DNA of 64,000 nt from Eledone cirrhosa. Lineage: Eukaryota. Location: assembly GCA_964016885.1 (NCBI GenBank), contig OZ024740.1, positions 238,390,001 through 238,454,000 on the forward strand, written 5' to 3'. The stretch's first letter is position 1; every line of letters begins with the position of its first letter. Below are positions 26,398-38,095 of this stretch, piece by piece. The translations under genes were made by a program, and so were the position numbers. A model generated the notes under the pieces. It was not told the origin of the DNA. It saw only the letters and a program-made list of their open reading frames with translations, and searched no databases.

Positions 26398-26943
26398 ATT
26401 ATTAGTGATATATTTTAGCTTTGTACCTAAATCAGAAACCATTATTAGAGATGTATTTTCTCAGCACAAATACTGCACTGCTTAGTTCTCACTATATTGT
26501 AGAACCTATATTAATGTATGGTTCTTATTACAAACATGTAGTAAAGAAATTGTGAACACAGACAGAAAAAATATTTAGTAAAGAAATTTTGACAGGCAGC
26601 AAACACTACACAGAACTCACAGTAAATATATGTAATTTTATTATCAAAATCTTACAACATGAGTAAATACAACCAAAAATTTCTAAGTAAAATTTAGATT
26701 TACAAATTTATATATTTCTATTAAAGAAAATCCTGTTGTTGTGCAATATTTTCTCACCTTAACGTTACACAGGTAATATAAAAAGTTACAGGTAAACATG
26801 ACAAGCATCAATTACAATAGCAACCACTGAAATGACATTGTTTCTCTAAATAAGACAGTTATGTGTCACATACATTTTGTTACTCCAGGACTCTAGATAT
26901 TTTTGTTGTTACAAAAAAAAAAAAAAATAATAATAATAATAAT

Positions 26944-27140
26944 AGTTTCTAATTTAGGCACAAGGCCAACAATTTTTTTTTTGGGGGGGGGGGGGGGGGT
27001 CGATTAAATCATGCATTACTGGTGCTGCATTTTATCAACCACATAAGAATGAAAAGCAAAGCTAACCTCAATGGGATTTGAACTCGGAACAGAAAGAATC
27101 GTAACTCTATGCCACAAAGCATATTGTCCGACACTCTACC
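26944..27140 (-). mobile_element. tRNA-derived SINE (same family)
   Basis: GTTTCT...GGCACAAGGCCA...GGATTTGAACTCGG is the reverse complement of the family consensus, with an (AAT)n tail. Confidence 0.8.
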
Positions 27141-27439
27141 GAATAATAATAATCAAAGAATTTATGTAAAAAAAACAAAATGCATTAGTAAGAATTTTAT
27201 GGAAAAGGGAATGTTGCTATTAACAACCAATTTATAATATCAGGTGTCAGTTTGGAAGTTGGTTTGAGGGAGTAGCAAACAACCCTATAGTTTTAGTACT
27301 GGTATAGGTCTTTCAATAAACTAATTGAAAATATTTGGAAGACAGGTTGGTTATGCCAAGAAAAGCTAGATTGTCAACTGAAGGAGATGACATGCCTGGA
27401 CGACATGGAATTTTAGGAGCCAATGAGAAATCCTGTGAT

Positions 27440-28065
27440 TGTTTGTACTGTTAGAAATAGCAGCCAGACCTCTCTCAAATCACACCCTACCTACCATCAT
27501 GAAAAAGGAAGGATATATTGGACTCATCTGGACACTGAAATTTTATGAGACAACCTCTGTGGTTGTTTGTGCTGCTAGAAATGGCAGCCATGATTCATTT
27601 GAATCACACCCTACTTACCATCAGGAAAAAAGGACACATTGGACTAGCCCTAGATATTTCTCATCATTATTAGAATGCCTTCAATCATAGTTGAGTCTGA
27701 TTATTAACATGTGACTAAACAACAAAATGGTATCTTAGCTGAGACAGCAATTGCTAATGTTCAGCAAAAGATCAGGTTTCAACCCAGAAAAAAGTCATAT
27801 GAAACTAAAAAGCATGGAATTTAATCAGATATTCTAACACTCCTGTTCGTTTAATATTCTTTAAGCCAGTTAGAGAACCACTACATGGTCACTTGACTTG
27901 CTAGAAATACCAAATAAAGTGTGTATGTATAAGGAAAGGACATGTTGGAGAATATAGTCTTATGTACTCCAATAAAAAAAACAGGGATGGTATTTGCCAG
28001 AATGATTTTGACCATGGGTCTGTTTTGTTAGAGCTGATCTAGGGTCATACAGCAGTAACAACCTA
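27440..28065 (+). repeat. Cluster of an interspersed repeat family (GCTAGAAATAGCAGCC...ATCACACCCTAC)
   Basis: About three copies here. Related copies at ~8600-8790(-), ~11995-12140(-), ~19800-19920, ~32940-33100 and ~38160-38350. Class not determined. Confidence 0.6.
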
Positions 28066-28084
28066 TTGCTTCTCTAAGTAATAG

Positions 28085-28540
28085 ACTTTGAACTCAGAAT
28101 GTAAAGGGTCATAACTATATGTTGCAAAGCATGTTGTCCAACACTCTAATGATTTTGTCAATCAACACCCTAGCATTTGTAATAATGGTTTCTGATTTAG
28201 GCACAAAGCCAACAATTTTGAGGGGAGGAAATCATTTAAATCAACCGCGGTGAGTTACTTGTACTTTATTTTATCAACCCTGTAAGGATGAAAAGCAAAG
28301 CTAACCTTCTAACAATTCTGCCAATCTACCACCCTAGCATTTGTAATAATAATAATCATTTCTAAAATTGACACAAATCCAGAAATTTGGAGAGAGCGGA
28401 ACAGTTATATCAGTTTCCAGTTCTTCACTGATACTTTATTTGGTGACTCTGACAGGGTGAAAGATCAAGTTGAACTTGACAGAATTTGAACCCAGAATGT
28501 AAAAGGCAATAACTTGATATTGCAAGGCATTTTTTTCGAT
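28085..28540 (-). mobile_element. Head-to-tail array of degenerate SINE copies
   Basis: Repeated TTTGAACTCAGAATGT, TACTTTATTTT and CACCCTAGCATTTGTAATAAT (twice). Confidence 0.7.
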
Positions 28541-28699
28541 GCACATTATCCAATTTTTCCTTCCATTTTTAAGAAGTTGGGGAGGGAAATTAAGCTGATA
28601 TTTCTTGCAGGTTGCATGACCACATAAATTTCATTGTTTCAGCATGTTTAAAACTAGAAAGAACTTCCTTTGCACCAGAAGTTTCATCAACATCATTAA

Positions 28700-28858
28700 C
28701 CAACTGATAGAGGACCAACACTTGTTATCAGGACTGATAGAGGACCAACACTTATTATCAGGACTGACAGATGTCCACCACTTGTCAAGACTGACAGAGA
28801 GCCAACACATACTGCCATGACTCACAGAGGTCCTACACACACACACACACACACACAT
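28700..28858. repeat. ~30-bp minisatellite (~4.5 units) followed by (CA)n
   Basis: ACTGATAGAGGACCAACACTTGTTATCAGG repeated with progressive divergence. Confidence 0.85.
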
Positions 28859-31476
28859 GAAACTGTTCTATTCTGAGATGGAAGTGGCTTTGTTGCTGGA
28901 GATTTCATTTGATATTTCTGGCCTAATAGAAAAATAATCTAGAACATTTGAACAGAGTACTGTAGTGTTGTAGCTTCATAAATAGCATTATAGACAGCAC
29001 CACATTGTAATCCTTTAAATGCTACATCACAGTTGCATTACTCTGACGAAAAGCCTGACCAGCACATTCAATCAGTTTGTTTTTGATTGCAATATTCTGG
29101 CCCCAATTACGTAGATAATATTTTCATGATCACAGACAATTGATGACAATCATCTACTGCACCAATGATCATATTACCACATTATGTATGAAATAAAGGC
29201 TCAGAACACTTCAGCATTCTGAAATTTTCAAAAGATTATTAATTTGTAGTACACGATTTGTTGAAACGATAACAATCCCCAAAGTTTTAACTAAATTGAA
29301 TTATTGTAGGTAAGTACTTAGAGACTCGATGTAGCAAGCCAAGATATTTTAAATAATTAAAATTACACCCTTAGTGATAAGATGAAGCTGCCATAGATAC
29401 CTGCTCTATAGTTTTAACTTAAATACTATTGATTTAAATTTACTTTTGTCCTGAAGTAAGTATACAAATTGATGTAAAAGCTTCTGCACCATTTGGTACA
29501 GGCAAAAGGCATGAAAAGGAAATGTATAAAAAATGGGGAAAAAAAAAACATTGTTGAGAAAAGATCCCACAGGAACCTCAATTCTTTATAGCTTAGAATT
29601 TATTTTTAGTTTGTAGAAAATAGTGAAACATTATGCATTTAAACTGACCGACATACAGATAGAATGATATATCAAGTGAGAAACAATGTCACACAAAAAC
29701 AAATACCATCATACAAACATATATACACACATACACTACTGTATCTCTAATATTTGCAACAGGAATTTCAGAGGAATTAGTTTCATATAAATTTAAAAGA
29801 AATCATTTGAGATTCTAAGAAACGATAGAGCAATATGCTGCAAAAATAGAAATTATGACAAAACTTTTAACAAAATTATTTAGGTTACAATATATAGTTG
29901 AGAGAAACACCTGTTTCCTTATTGAGATGACAGAAGAAAAATAATCTTTTTCATATAAGGTGATTTATTGTTCACTTTGGCCTTTTGTTAAGTTTATGAA
30001 AATTTCATAAAACCCCCATAATTTCCCTCATACTTACACACACTCACACATAGATGCATACACATTTACATCAGAAATACATCATAACATATAAAAAGAA
30101 ATCTTGCTAAGCTACAAGTTCTATAGATACAAAACCCTTTTGAAAATACTCTCAATAAAGAAAACAAAAAAAACAACAACCAAAAAAACAATATCAAACA
30201 ACAAAGAAAACACTGAGATGAAAGTTTAAAAGTCACAACCTAGAAATACACAATGCCACTGAAATATGCAAACAGATCACCTGAAGAGGCTCTGCTAACA
30301 ATTTGGGTATAAACAAAATTCAAATTATTTCAAAATATATTTTCAGAGATGTTATTAAATCTAGCAATTTTTTTTTACTTTAATGTTTGAAACTGGCAGT
30401 GAGCCCTTTTATTACCAACATATCTGAAACTGCCTCTGATTGCATGATACAAAACCTCTTGTTGCAATGTACTTATATATTTAAATTTAAATTTTCCTTC
30501 ATAATTTTATGTAAAATCATTTTGTTATTTTCAAACTCTAGCTTAATAATGAAGAAATATTTTACTAAATCTCTCAAATTGCTTCATTATTTTCGAAGTA
30601 ACTGAAACACATAGGCAGTATATTTCATTACAAATGTTCACAAAAAGCTTGATATTTCTCAGATTTTTCGTCTGGATTAAAACACAATTACACTCTCAAA
30701 GAAACATGAACCCAAATCAACAGTTTTAGTAATCATTGGCAGATATTACCAGCAAATTTGTCCATCTATAGGGCATGTCTATGTTAGCACCAAAGAATCC
30801 ATTGTAGAATCCAATCTTCAATAGTTTTGTACAATTCCTTTAAATTATTTCAATAGCTGTTTGTAATGGTCTAAACTACCATTATTCCGACTACATTTTT
30901 TCTAATAAAGAAAATAACACATAACAACCCACAACAAAAAGGCAATAAAGTATACAATTTGTTTATAATGAATAAAAGATGTCTGACATTCCATGAAAAC
31001 AATTGGTTAATGATGTTGATGAAACTTCTGGTGCAAAGGAATTTCTTTTGTTACACTTAAACATCTTTTCAGTCTCATTTACACATATACTTTGGCAGGA
31101 AGAAATCAGAATCACTGAGAGAAAGAGGAAATATAATGTTGTTATTATTTCTTTTGTATCAGTTACATTCAAATAAAAATGGAAGAGTGAGAAGAAAACT
31201 TCATAAATTTTCTTGAGAAAATGAAATGTTTTAGAATTAAAAAAATATATTATGTCAATTTTGAGGAAAGAGAACTTATAATTTTGTTTATTCAGTTCTT
31301 TAAGAAATTAAGAATATAGTGGCAATGTTATACTTTAAATGTTGAAGGGAAAGTGAGTTCAATTTGCACAAGTCATTGATATTTTGAGCTGAAATGTAAA
31401 TGGAGGGATCTATTAGTCACTTTTTTTTTAAGAATCCAGATTCACTAACTAAACTATGGTCTAAGACTAATAAAAT

Positions 31477-31601
31477 TGTTTCTACTTTTGGCACAAAGCC
31501 AGCAAATTACCCAGTGCATTACTGGTACTTTATTTTATCGACCCCGGATGAAAGGCAAAGTTAACCTCGGCAGGATTTGAACTCAGTCCGTAAAGGGGCG
31601 T
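31477..31601 (-). mobile_element. 5'-truncated SINE with 25-bp flanking direct repeat
   Basis: AACTATGGTCTAAGACTAATAAAAT at 31452-31476 and 31602-31626. Confidence 0.9.
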
Positions 31602-31732
31602 AACTATGGTCTAAGACTAATAAAATGGCAGCAAAGAAGCATCTTTTTAATAATAGAATCTCACTTCAAAATTTGCTCTGATTATGAAATATATTCAATT
31701 GTTGATTATTTCTGAAAATAAAATAGGTTATC

Positions 31733-31960
31733 TTAATCCTTTTGATACCAACTGCCCAAAACTGCCTTTCATTCTATGAAACAAAGCCACCAATTGAATG
31801 GATTCCTATTTAAATTAAAACCTTCCTATATAGGTTTTTATCTTTAAAGTTATGCTACAAATACCATCTTAATGAAATAATTAATAATTTAGTTAATCCC
31901 TTCAAATTCTTTATTAATTCAAATACTGTATATTTCATTGGAAATATGGTAAGAAAATAT
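31733..31960. mobile_element. Degenerate member of a second TTAA-type MITE family (CCTTTTGATACC termini)
   Basis: TTAATCCTTTTGATACCAAC start. Similar elements at ~7397-7645, ~38660-38890 and an end at ~14090-14107 (TTGGTATCAAAAGGGTTAA). Confidence 0.5.
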
Positions 31961-32409
31961 ACCTGGTTTCATAGATTTCTGGTATAATTGTAGTGAAGCA
32001 ACTTCAAGACAATATCAAGAACAAACTAGAAATTAATAAGCTTTCTAGTACATATCTCAGCATACATTGGCCAGTTTTCAACTTAAAATTGTCCTTTAGT
32101 CTGAGCACATACTGGAACCAATCAGTAATATGGTTGAGGGAAATTTGAAGCTGCATGGAAACATTGAAAGTAAAATATTGTTACAACTGCAGAAGTAACA
32201 GAGATGTTTTCCTTCAAAGAACTACTACTGCATAAAAGAATGTGTGTTATCCTGGTCTTCAATTTCAGCTTGTTACCTTGGTAAGAAGTCTACAGATGTT
32301 ACATCACAAAACCTTTTGATATCAGCTAAAATTTAATCAGATATAGATTGATAATGGTAATATTTATGATTTCTCAAAGAAGTATGGACGTTTGAACAAC
32401 TAGGTTTAT

Positions 32410-32612
32410 GGATTATGGCACAGGGCCAACAATTTTGAAGAAGAGGAAAGTCGATGAACTCCAGTGAGTTACTGGTACTTTATTTTATTGCCACCATAAG
32501 GATGAAAGGCAAAGCTAACCTCAGTGGGATTTGAACTCAGAATGTACAGAACCAGAATAAATACATCTAAGCATTTGTCTAACTCTCTAACGATTCTGCC
32601 AATCCACTGCCA
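32410..32612 (-). mobile_element. tRNA-derived SINE (same family)
   Basis: ACTGGTACTTTATTTTA...GGATGAAAGGCAAAG...GGATTTGAACTCAGAAT...CTGCCAATCC. Confidence 0.85.
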
Positions 32613-33391
32613 CTAATGAAAGGGGATTAATGCTATGTCTACATTCAGATTTGAACATATGATCGAGCAGTCTCATATGATAACAATCAACCAATGCACC
32701 ACACAAGGATAATAACAATTTTGATGACATATACTGCGTGGTATATATTTAAATGAATTTGGGATTTTAGACAACACACATGGTTACAATTACACACACA
32801 TTAACAATATATTACATAACACACATAGTATGATAACAATATTCTACACACAAACACATAGTATCAATAAATTAAAGTCACATAATAGTACACTACACAC
32901 ATATAGTAAGAATAAATTGTACACATACATAGTAACAATAAATGCTAGAAATAGCAGTGAAATCCCCCATAAATCCTGCTCTACCAGCTTTAAAAAATAC
33001 ATTGGATAATGTGGTTCTTGGTGAAGTGAGGCTAGGAAAAAGACAGGATGATCATAGCTGGAATAAGTTTTACATATTTGATGTCACATTCATCAAAACC
33101 CAAAAAACGTCCTGTAGTTTAGATTAATCCAATTGTTTCCACCAAAACTCCAGAATAACAAAACTTATGGACAATTTTTTGAAAATAACTTTCTCCCTTA
33201 CTCTTCTGCAATATTTTCACGATTATATTTCCTTTCCTTACTTAAAACCAGAGATAATCATTCCTTCTGCACACACACACACACACGCGCGCACACACAC
33301 ACACATTGTATTATATATTCTTGTCATCTACTGCTGCCATCATCAGACACAATACCACCATGGATGGAAAAAATGGCTGAGAATTGGTCAA

Positions 33392-33490
33392 TTAGTCAGT
33401 CCCCTCATCATCCATGTCATCTTTGCTGCCATCTCCAGCTCCATCTGATTCTACCTCATCTGGTTTGCCAGATTTATTACGACGATCAGC
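33392..33490 (-). CDS. Terminal coding exon of an unidentified gene (acidic C-terminus)
   Basis: Acceptor TTCCCATATTTTCTTTCTGCAG|. Encodes ADRRNKSGKPDEVESDGAGDGSKDDMDDEGTD*, in phase with exon 35012-35044. Confidence 0.78.
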   Translation of the reverse strand, partial: ADRRNKSGKPDEVESDGAGDGSKDDMDDEGTD

Positions 33491-33714
33491 CTGCAGAAAG
33501 AAAATATGGGAAGTTACTGATACAGATTTCAATAAAAATTGAGCTTTCAAGTGAGAGAAAATGTTAATTGTTAAGTGTTAGGGCAACTACAACATATAAG
33601 GTATGGTTTCTTTCTGACTTTAAGCAAAAAACCGATAATTTAGACAAAAGGAAAGTACAAGTATGTGACATTTTCCCATAAATGCATGGATATTATACAT
33701 GTAGTTCTTATGTT

Positions 33715-33850
33715 CTAGTCATTCTTGGGTCAATTTAAGTTTCATAAAACTAGTCCAGAATATGCAGCCAGGTCCAACCAAATAATCAACCTTGATATAG
33801 TAGGTCTGTTTACAAAGGTTCCAACAGAAAGGCATTTGTTTGGTCTAGAG
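33715..33850 (+). mobile_element. Possible Penelope-like RT fragment
   Basis: IINLDIVGLFTKVPTE resembles the PLE motif SxDVxSLFTxVP. Short. Confidence 0.45.
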
Positions 33851-34623
33851 AGAAGAACAGTGTTTACATCCTTTGCAGTCCCTCTGAGACCAGTGAGACT
33901 GATGTGTTTCATACACTTTTTGAATATTTTCAAGTCAACAGCTGCAGGAAAAACCTGTTCAGGAAGGTAATTCCAGAGGGCTGACATTCTGAGGAGGCAG
34001 TGTTGAGAATGTTTGTTAATGTGGAGCATAAAGGTTGGATACAATATGGGTGATGAGAGTAGAAGGAATGAGTAAGTCGGAAATGCCTGTGTGGAAATGG
34101 CAAGGGCAATAAGAAGTCACAGCATGTCTGTATGCCAGAGGCTGGAGACTGTTAGTGATTGATGTCATATCATTTAGTTGCAAGAATTTTCTTTGGCTGC
34201 AGTTAATCATCATCATATATTTTACATGCATTTTACATGTTTACCATGCTGCCACCAGTTGTACAGCTAGATGTAGTCCAAGCCAGTTCTAATTTCGAGT
34301 TATTGCTCCCCTATACAGGTCAGAGGACCAAATATCATTCATATGTTCCACACTGTAAATGTTGTTGGTGTTAGGAAGGGCATCCAGACAGAAGGGTCCT
34401 CTTGACCCTTTGTTATCTCTGCTCATTCACCAGCCATTATACACAGAGTATTGGGTGCAGTCTATCATGACACCATCTCTAATATGGCTGCTTTGTGCTC
34501 CTTACTATATAACTTAGTGTTTGTTTTGAGGGTTTTTTTCAAAGAAACATGAACAAGAATTTGAATAGAAAAGAGAGAGCAATGATAGAACCATGGTATG
34601 TCAGGGAGGAGAGGGTAAATAAT

Positions 34624-34811
34624 AGTTTCTACTTTTGGCACAAGGCCAGCAATTAACCAGTACATTACTGGTACTTTATTTTCTCGACCCTGTAAGGATG
34701 AAAGGCAAAGTGAATCTCGGCGAGATTTGAACTCATACCATAAAGGGGCGTAACTCTATGCTGCAAAGCATGGCGTCCACCCTTCTACTGATACTGCCAA
34801 TCCCCTGCCCA
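34624..34811 (-). mobile_element. Young tRNA-derived SINE with 15-bp TSD
   Basis: TSD GAGAGGGTAAATAAT at 34609-34623 and 34812-34826. Full-length reverse complement of the 26209 family. Confidence 0.92.
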
Positions 34812-34832
34812 GAGAGGGTAAATAATGATAAT

Positions 34833-35001
34833 ACTATCACACCTACAACACTAACCATACTACCACACTTGCAACAACATACTACCACACCTACAACACC
34901 ATACTACCACACCTACAACACTAACCATACTACCACACCTACAACACTGACCATACTACCACACCTACAACCCCACTGACCATACTACCACACCTACAAC
35001 A
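34833..35001. repeat. ~22-28-bp CA-rich minisatellite (~7 units)
   Basis: CATACTACCACACCTACAACACTRAC repeats ending ~10 bp from the exon donor. Confidence 0.9.
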
Positions 35002-35011
35002 ATACACTCAC

Positions 35012-35044
35012 CAGTTTGCTGTGCTGTTTCTTCATTAGATCTTT
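35012..35044 (-). CDS. 33-nt coding exon (KDLMKKQHSKL) of the minus-strand gene
   Basis: TTGTTGTCTTTTCCAG| acceptor and |GTGAGT donor. Phase 0-0 and open into the terminal exon. Confidence 0.75.
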
Positions 35045-35701
35045 CTGGAAAAGACAACAATACAATAATACATTAATAAAGAACTAGCAGTAATTGAGGA
35101 AATGTTTTATAAATTTTCTTATTTTTATTTTGATGCATAAATTTCTGTATCTTCATCAATTTCTGTCACCATTATGTGCTTTTCTCATGGTACCAGTACT
35201 ACCACATTACAATCTGGGTTGGGTGATTTTTGTCATGGCACCAGTACAGCAGATCGAGTGTTAAGGGAAATGGTTGTATTGCGGTGTTGATGTGGTTCTT
35301 GTTGATTGTTCAGTGATGTGGTCACTGTTGTTTAGAGTTGTAGATGAAGGAAGATTGATGTGCCTGATACAGTGTGACCAGGGGTATGCAAGTAAGTGAG
35401 TAACAGTGTTCATTATGATGATAATGTGATGATTCTTTGGGTAAGTGATTTACCTTGATTTCATGCTTAATGAAATATATAAACCACAATAACAGAGAAC
35501 CACTATGTTAATATTTCATTAAATATAACTTATGTTGAAGTTATAACGACAATACAAAAAGAGCATATAATCCCAGTTGAATTGTGTGATGTCATGATTC
35601 CAATAAGATGTGTATACATGTTTGCTTGCAAAGGTATTATTGAAAATATATTTACCAAACTTCTGTTGATGGGATGAATTCCACTGGCCCTGATAGAGGG
35701 G

Positions 35702-35705
<4 letters not shown>

Positions 35706-35741
<36 letters not shown>
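35706..35741. repeat. (GA)n microsatellite
   Basis: Directly visible. Confidence 0.95.
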
Positions 35742-35744
<3 letters not shown>

Positions 35745-36007
35745 CAGTGCATAAGACAGTTAACCACTACATCGTGGCTAGTCAGTATGAACTCTGCAAC
35801 TGCATGAATTGGCTCTGTGGACAGGCTATTTATCAGTATGCTTCCTTTGTTTCTGTGATTCGAGAATAAGCAGATAGCCAGTTGATAAATATCAAACATT
35901 TTAGTGACAAAGAGAACTTATTTATGAGGCCACAAAGTTAGCTTCATGAAGACTGCTTGACAGTGTGAAAGAGACTCTATTGTGAAGAGTATCAAATTAC
36001 TCCTACA

Positions 36008-36305
36008 TCAGCACTACCACATGATAATGTAGGCTGGGGGTTTTTCTTGTTGTATTAGCAATAACACCTTACAATGTGGCCTCAGTGTATTTTATCATGG
36101 CACTAGCACTACCACTTTACTATGTGGGCTAGGGGAATTTTATCATGACACCAGCACTACCACTTTACAAGGTGGGCTTTGTGCATTTTATTGTGGTACC
36201 AGCACTACCACTTTACACAGTGGGCTGTGTGCATTTTATTGTGGTACCAGCACTACCACTTGATAATGTGGGCCGTGTGCATTTTATCAGGGTACCAGTG
36301 CTACA
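36008..36305. repeat. 48-bp minisatellite (~6 units)
   Basis: GCACTACCACTTTACAxxGTGGGCTxTGTGCATTTTATTGTGGTACCA. The ORF track shows 16-aa periodicity. Two more units lie near 35170-35250. Confidence 0.88.
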
Positions 36306-36384
36306 ATTTTTTAAATGGTCAATTTGTATCACTTGGTGCCATTCTAATTCTAGATATTAAAAGTTGTTGTCCTGTTTAGGTGTC

Positions 36385-36770
36385 ACATCGAATCAAGGCT
36401 TCAACACAGTTTTTGGTGAAGATTGGAGACCTTGAGTCTAGTTTCGTTGCAAAGTCCTTGAATATCCTTGGATAGACAAAATCATCAATCACAACTGCTC
36501 CAGATTTCCAACTTTGAACATGTGACATTCCGGAAGGAGTGAAGCATGTGCTGTTTTACTACAACGGATATGAAAGCTTTTCTCATCATTTTACTTTCTT
36601 CTCTGTCGGGTAGTTGATCACTACCATCACTAACACTCGTAATCTATTTCCCCGTTCTTGTTGTTATACTGTCGGCATATTTTGACTACAATAGATAGGA
36701 TTAATAATCGAGAGGTCAACACAGAGTTGTTTCCCTTTGAAAGTGTAACATTCGAACATAATATTATAGA
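36385..36770 (-). mobile_element. Helitron remnant with Pif1-helicase fragment and 5'-TC terminus
   Basis: Minus strand has TPSGMSH...GAVV and GLCNETRLKVSNLHQ/NCVEALI (Helitron GLCNGTRL motif) at ~36390-36530. Terminus A|TCTATAATATT at 36770. Confidence 0.7.
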
Positions 36771-36796
36771 TGAAAAGTTAATTTTTATTACATCCA

Positions 36797-36834
36797 CTAG
36801 CAGAAAAACCCCACTTCGGGTGGTTTTCTGCTAG
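36797..36834 (-). mobile_element. Helitron-like 3' terminus (hairpin plus CTAG|T)
   Basis: CTAGCAGAAAAACCCCACTTCGGGTGGTTTTCTGCTAG, an inverted repeat with 11-bp perfect arms. Minus strand ends CTAG followed by T. Confidence 0.55.
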
Positions 36835-37181
36835 CATGTGTAGTGTGTGTATTGATATTATACGCAAGTATATATGCATGTACATATGATACATCAAATA
36901 AAACCGTAATTGACAATATACACAGAAATTGTACGAAGACTGCGTTACACTATCTTATGTAATCAGCAACGTAATACATGATACATTAAAAAAAGGCGAT
37001 ATTATATATAAACTTCATTAGGAGAAAATTAGTGACAGAAATATATGAATATTTATTTAAACGATCGCTAACTGGAAGTGTTGACATTTGAAAATTGTAA
37101 AGAAGTGAATCTTTAAATAAGTAATAAAATATATTTAATGAACAGCCACGAAATTTAGTAGATAAATTATGTAATATTCAT

Positions 37182-37362
37182 TGGATTGGCAGTATCGGTA
37201 GAGGGTCGGACGCCATGCTTTCCAGCATAGTTACGTCCCTTTACGATCTGAGTTCAAATACTGCCGAGGTTGACTTTGCCTTTCATCCTTACGGGGTCGA
37301 TAAAATAAAGTACCAGTAATGAACTGGGTAATTGCTGGCCTTGTGCCTAAAGTAGAAACAAT
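37182..37362 (+). mobile_element. Young tRNA-derived SINE
   Basis: TGGATTGGCAGTATCGGTAGAGGGTCGGACGCC...GAGTTCAAAT...AGTAGAAACAATT. Confidence 0.92.
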
Positions 37363-37829
37363 TATTTATTCAAAGTAATCCAACTTATTTTACTAAGGGG
37401 ATAAAAAATTATAAACTGTATGCAGTCCCACACTTCTTACTTTATTCTAGTTTAGATTTCCCCCTCTTCAATGCAACTCTCATATCACCTTCTGTGTTTC
37501 CAAATCTTGCTTTAGGATTATAGTCACCAGTACAAAATTTCAGCATTTCAATTATTAATTGACTGGCAAGATCTGACTGGCTAGACAGAGCTGGGAATCA
37601 AATATTTCATATTTAAGAAAGTGTAAATTTGTTTGGTCAGTCAATCGCTCACTACAGGTCCTCTTTGAGAAAGATACATGGCATACTACTACTACAAACT
37701 TACAAATCATGTTGACACTCTATAACACAGCAGAACATAACTACTGTGTAAAAGAATATTCTAAAAACACACTAGAAACATCACCAAAACAGGACGTTGA
37801 CACCCGAGAGTTTGCACCTAGAAAATTGC

Positions 37830-38095
37830 TCTCTGAGGCACAAGCCCAGGCAATGTATTTTTATGGAAGACCAGCAATTGTCTTGCATGCCTGTCTCCCC
37901 TCTCCTAAGATATTGTCCAAGGGAAAGGCAAAATCTGATACAGCTTGGTACCAGTGACGCCTCAACTCATTTTCTCCAGCTGAGTGAATTAGAGCAATGT
38001 GTCTTGCTCAAGGAGACAACACACCATTTGGTCAAGGAATCAAATTCACAACCTCTCAATTGTGAGCACAACACTAATCACTAAGCCTCACATCT
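37830..38095 (-). mobile_element. SINE, same family as 540-775
   Basis: Colinear similarity, with a B-box-like GGAATCAAATTC on the reverse strand. Confidence 0.7.

Noticed and set aside
33133-33567. 144-aa plus-strand ORF
   Set aside because: Antisense shadow of the minus-strand terminal exon and UTR, and it includes a (CA)n tract.
34758-36379. Repetitive ORFs (TTTPTT..., PALPLY...)
   Set aside because: Translations of minisatellites, with no splice support.
36797-36834. Rho-independent terminator-like hairpin
   Set aside because: The context is eukaryotic, and it is better explained as a Helitron-type terminus.
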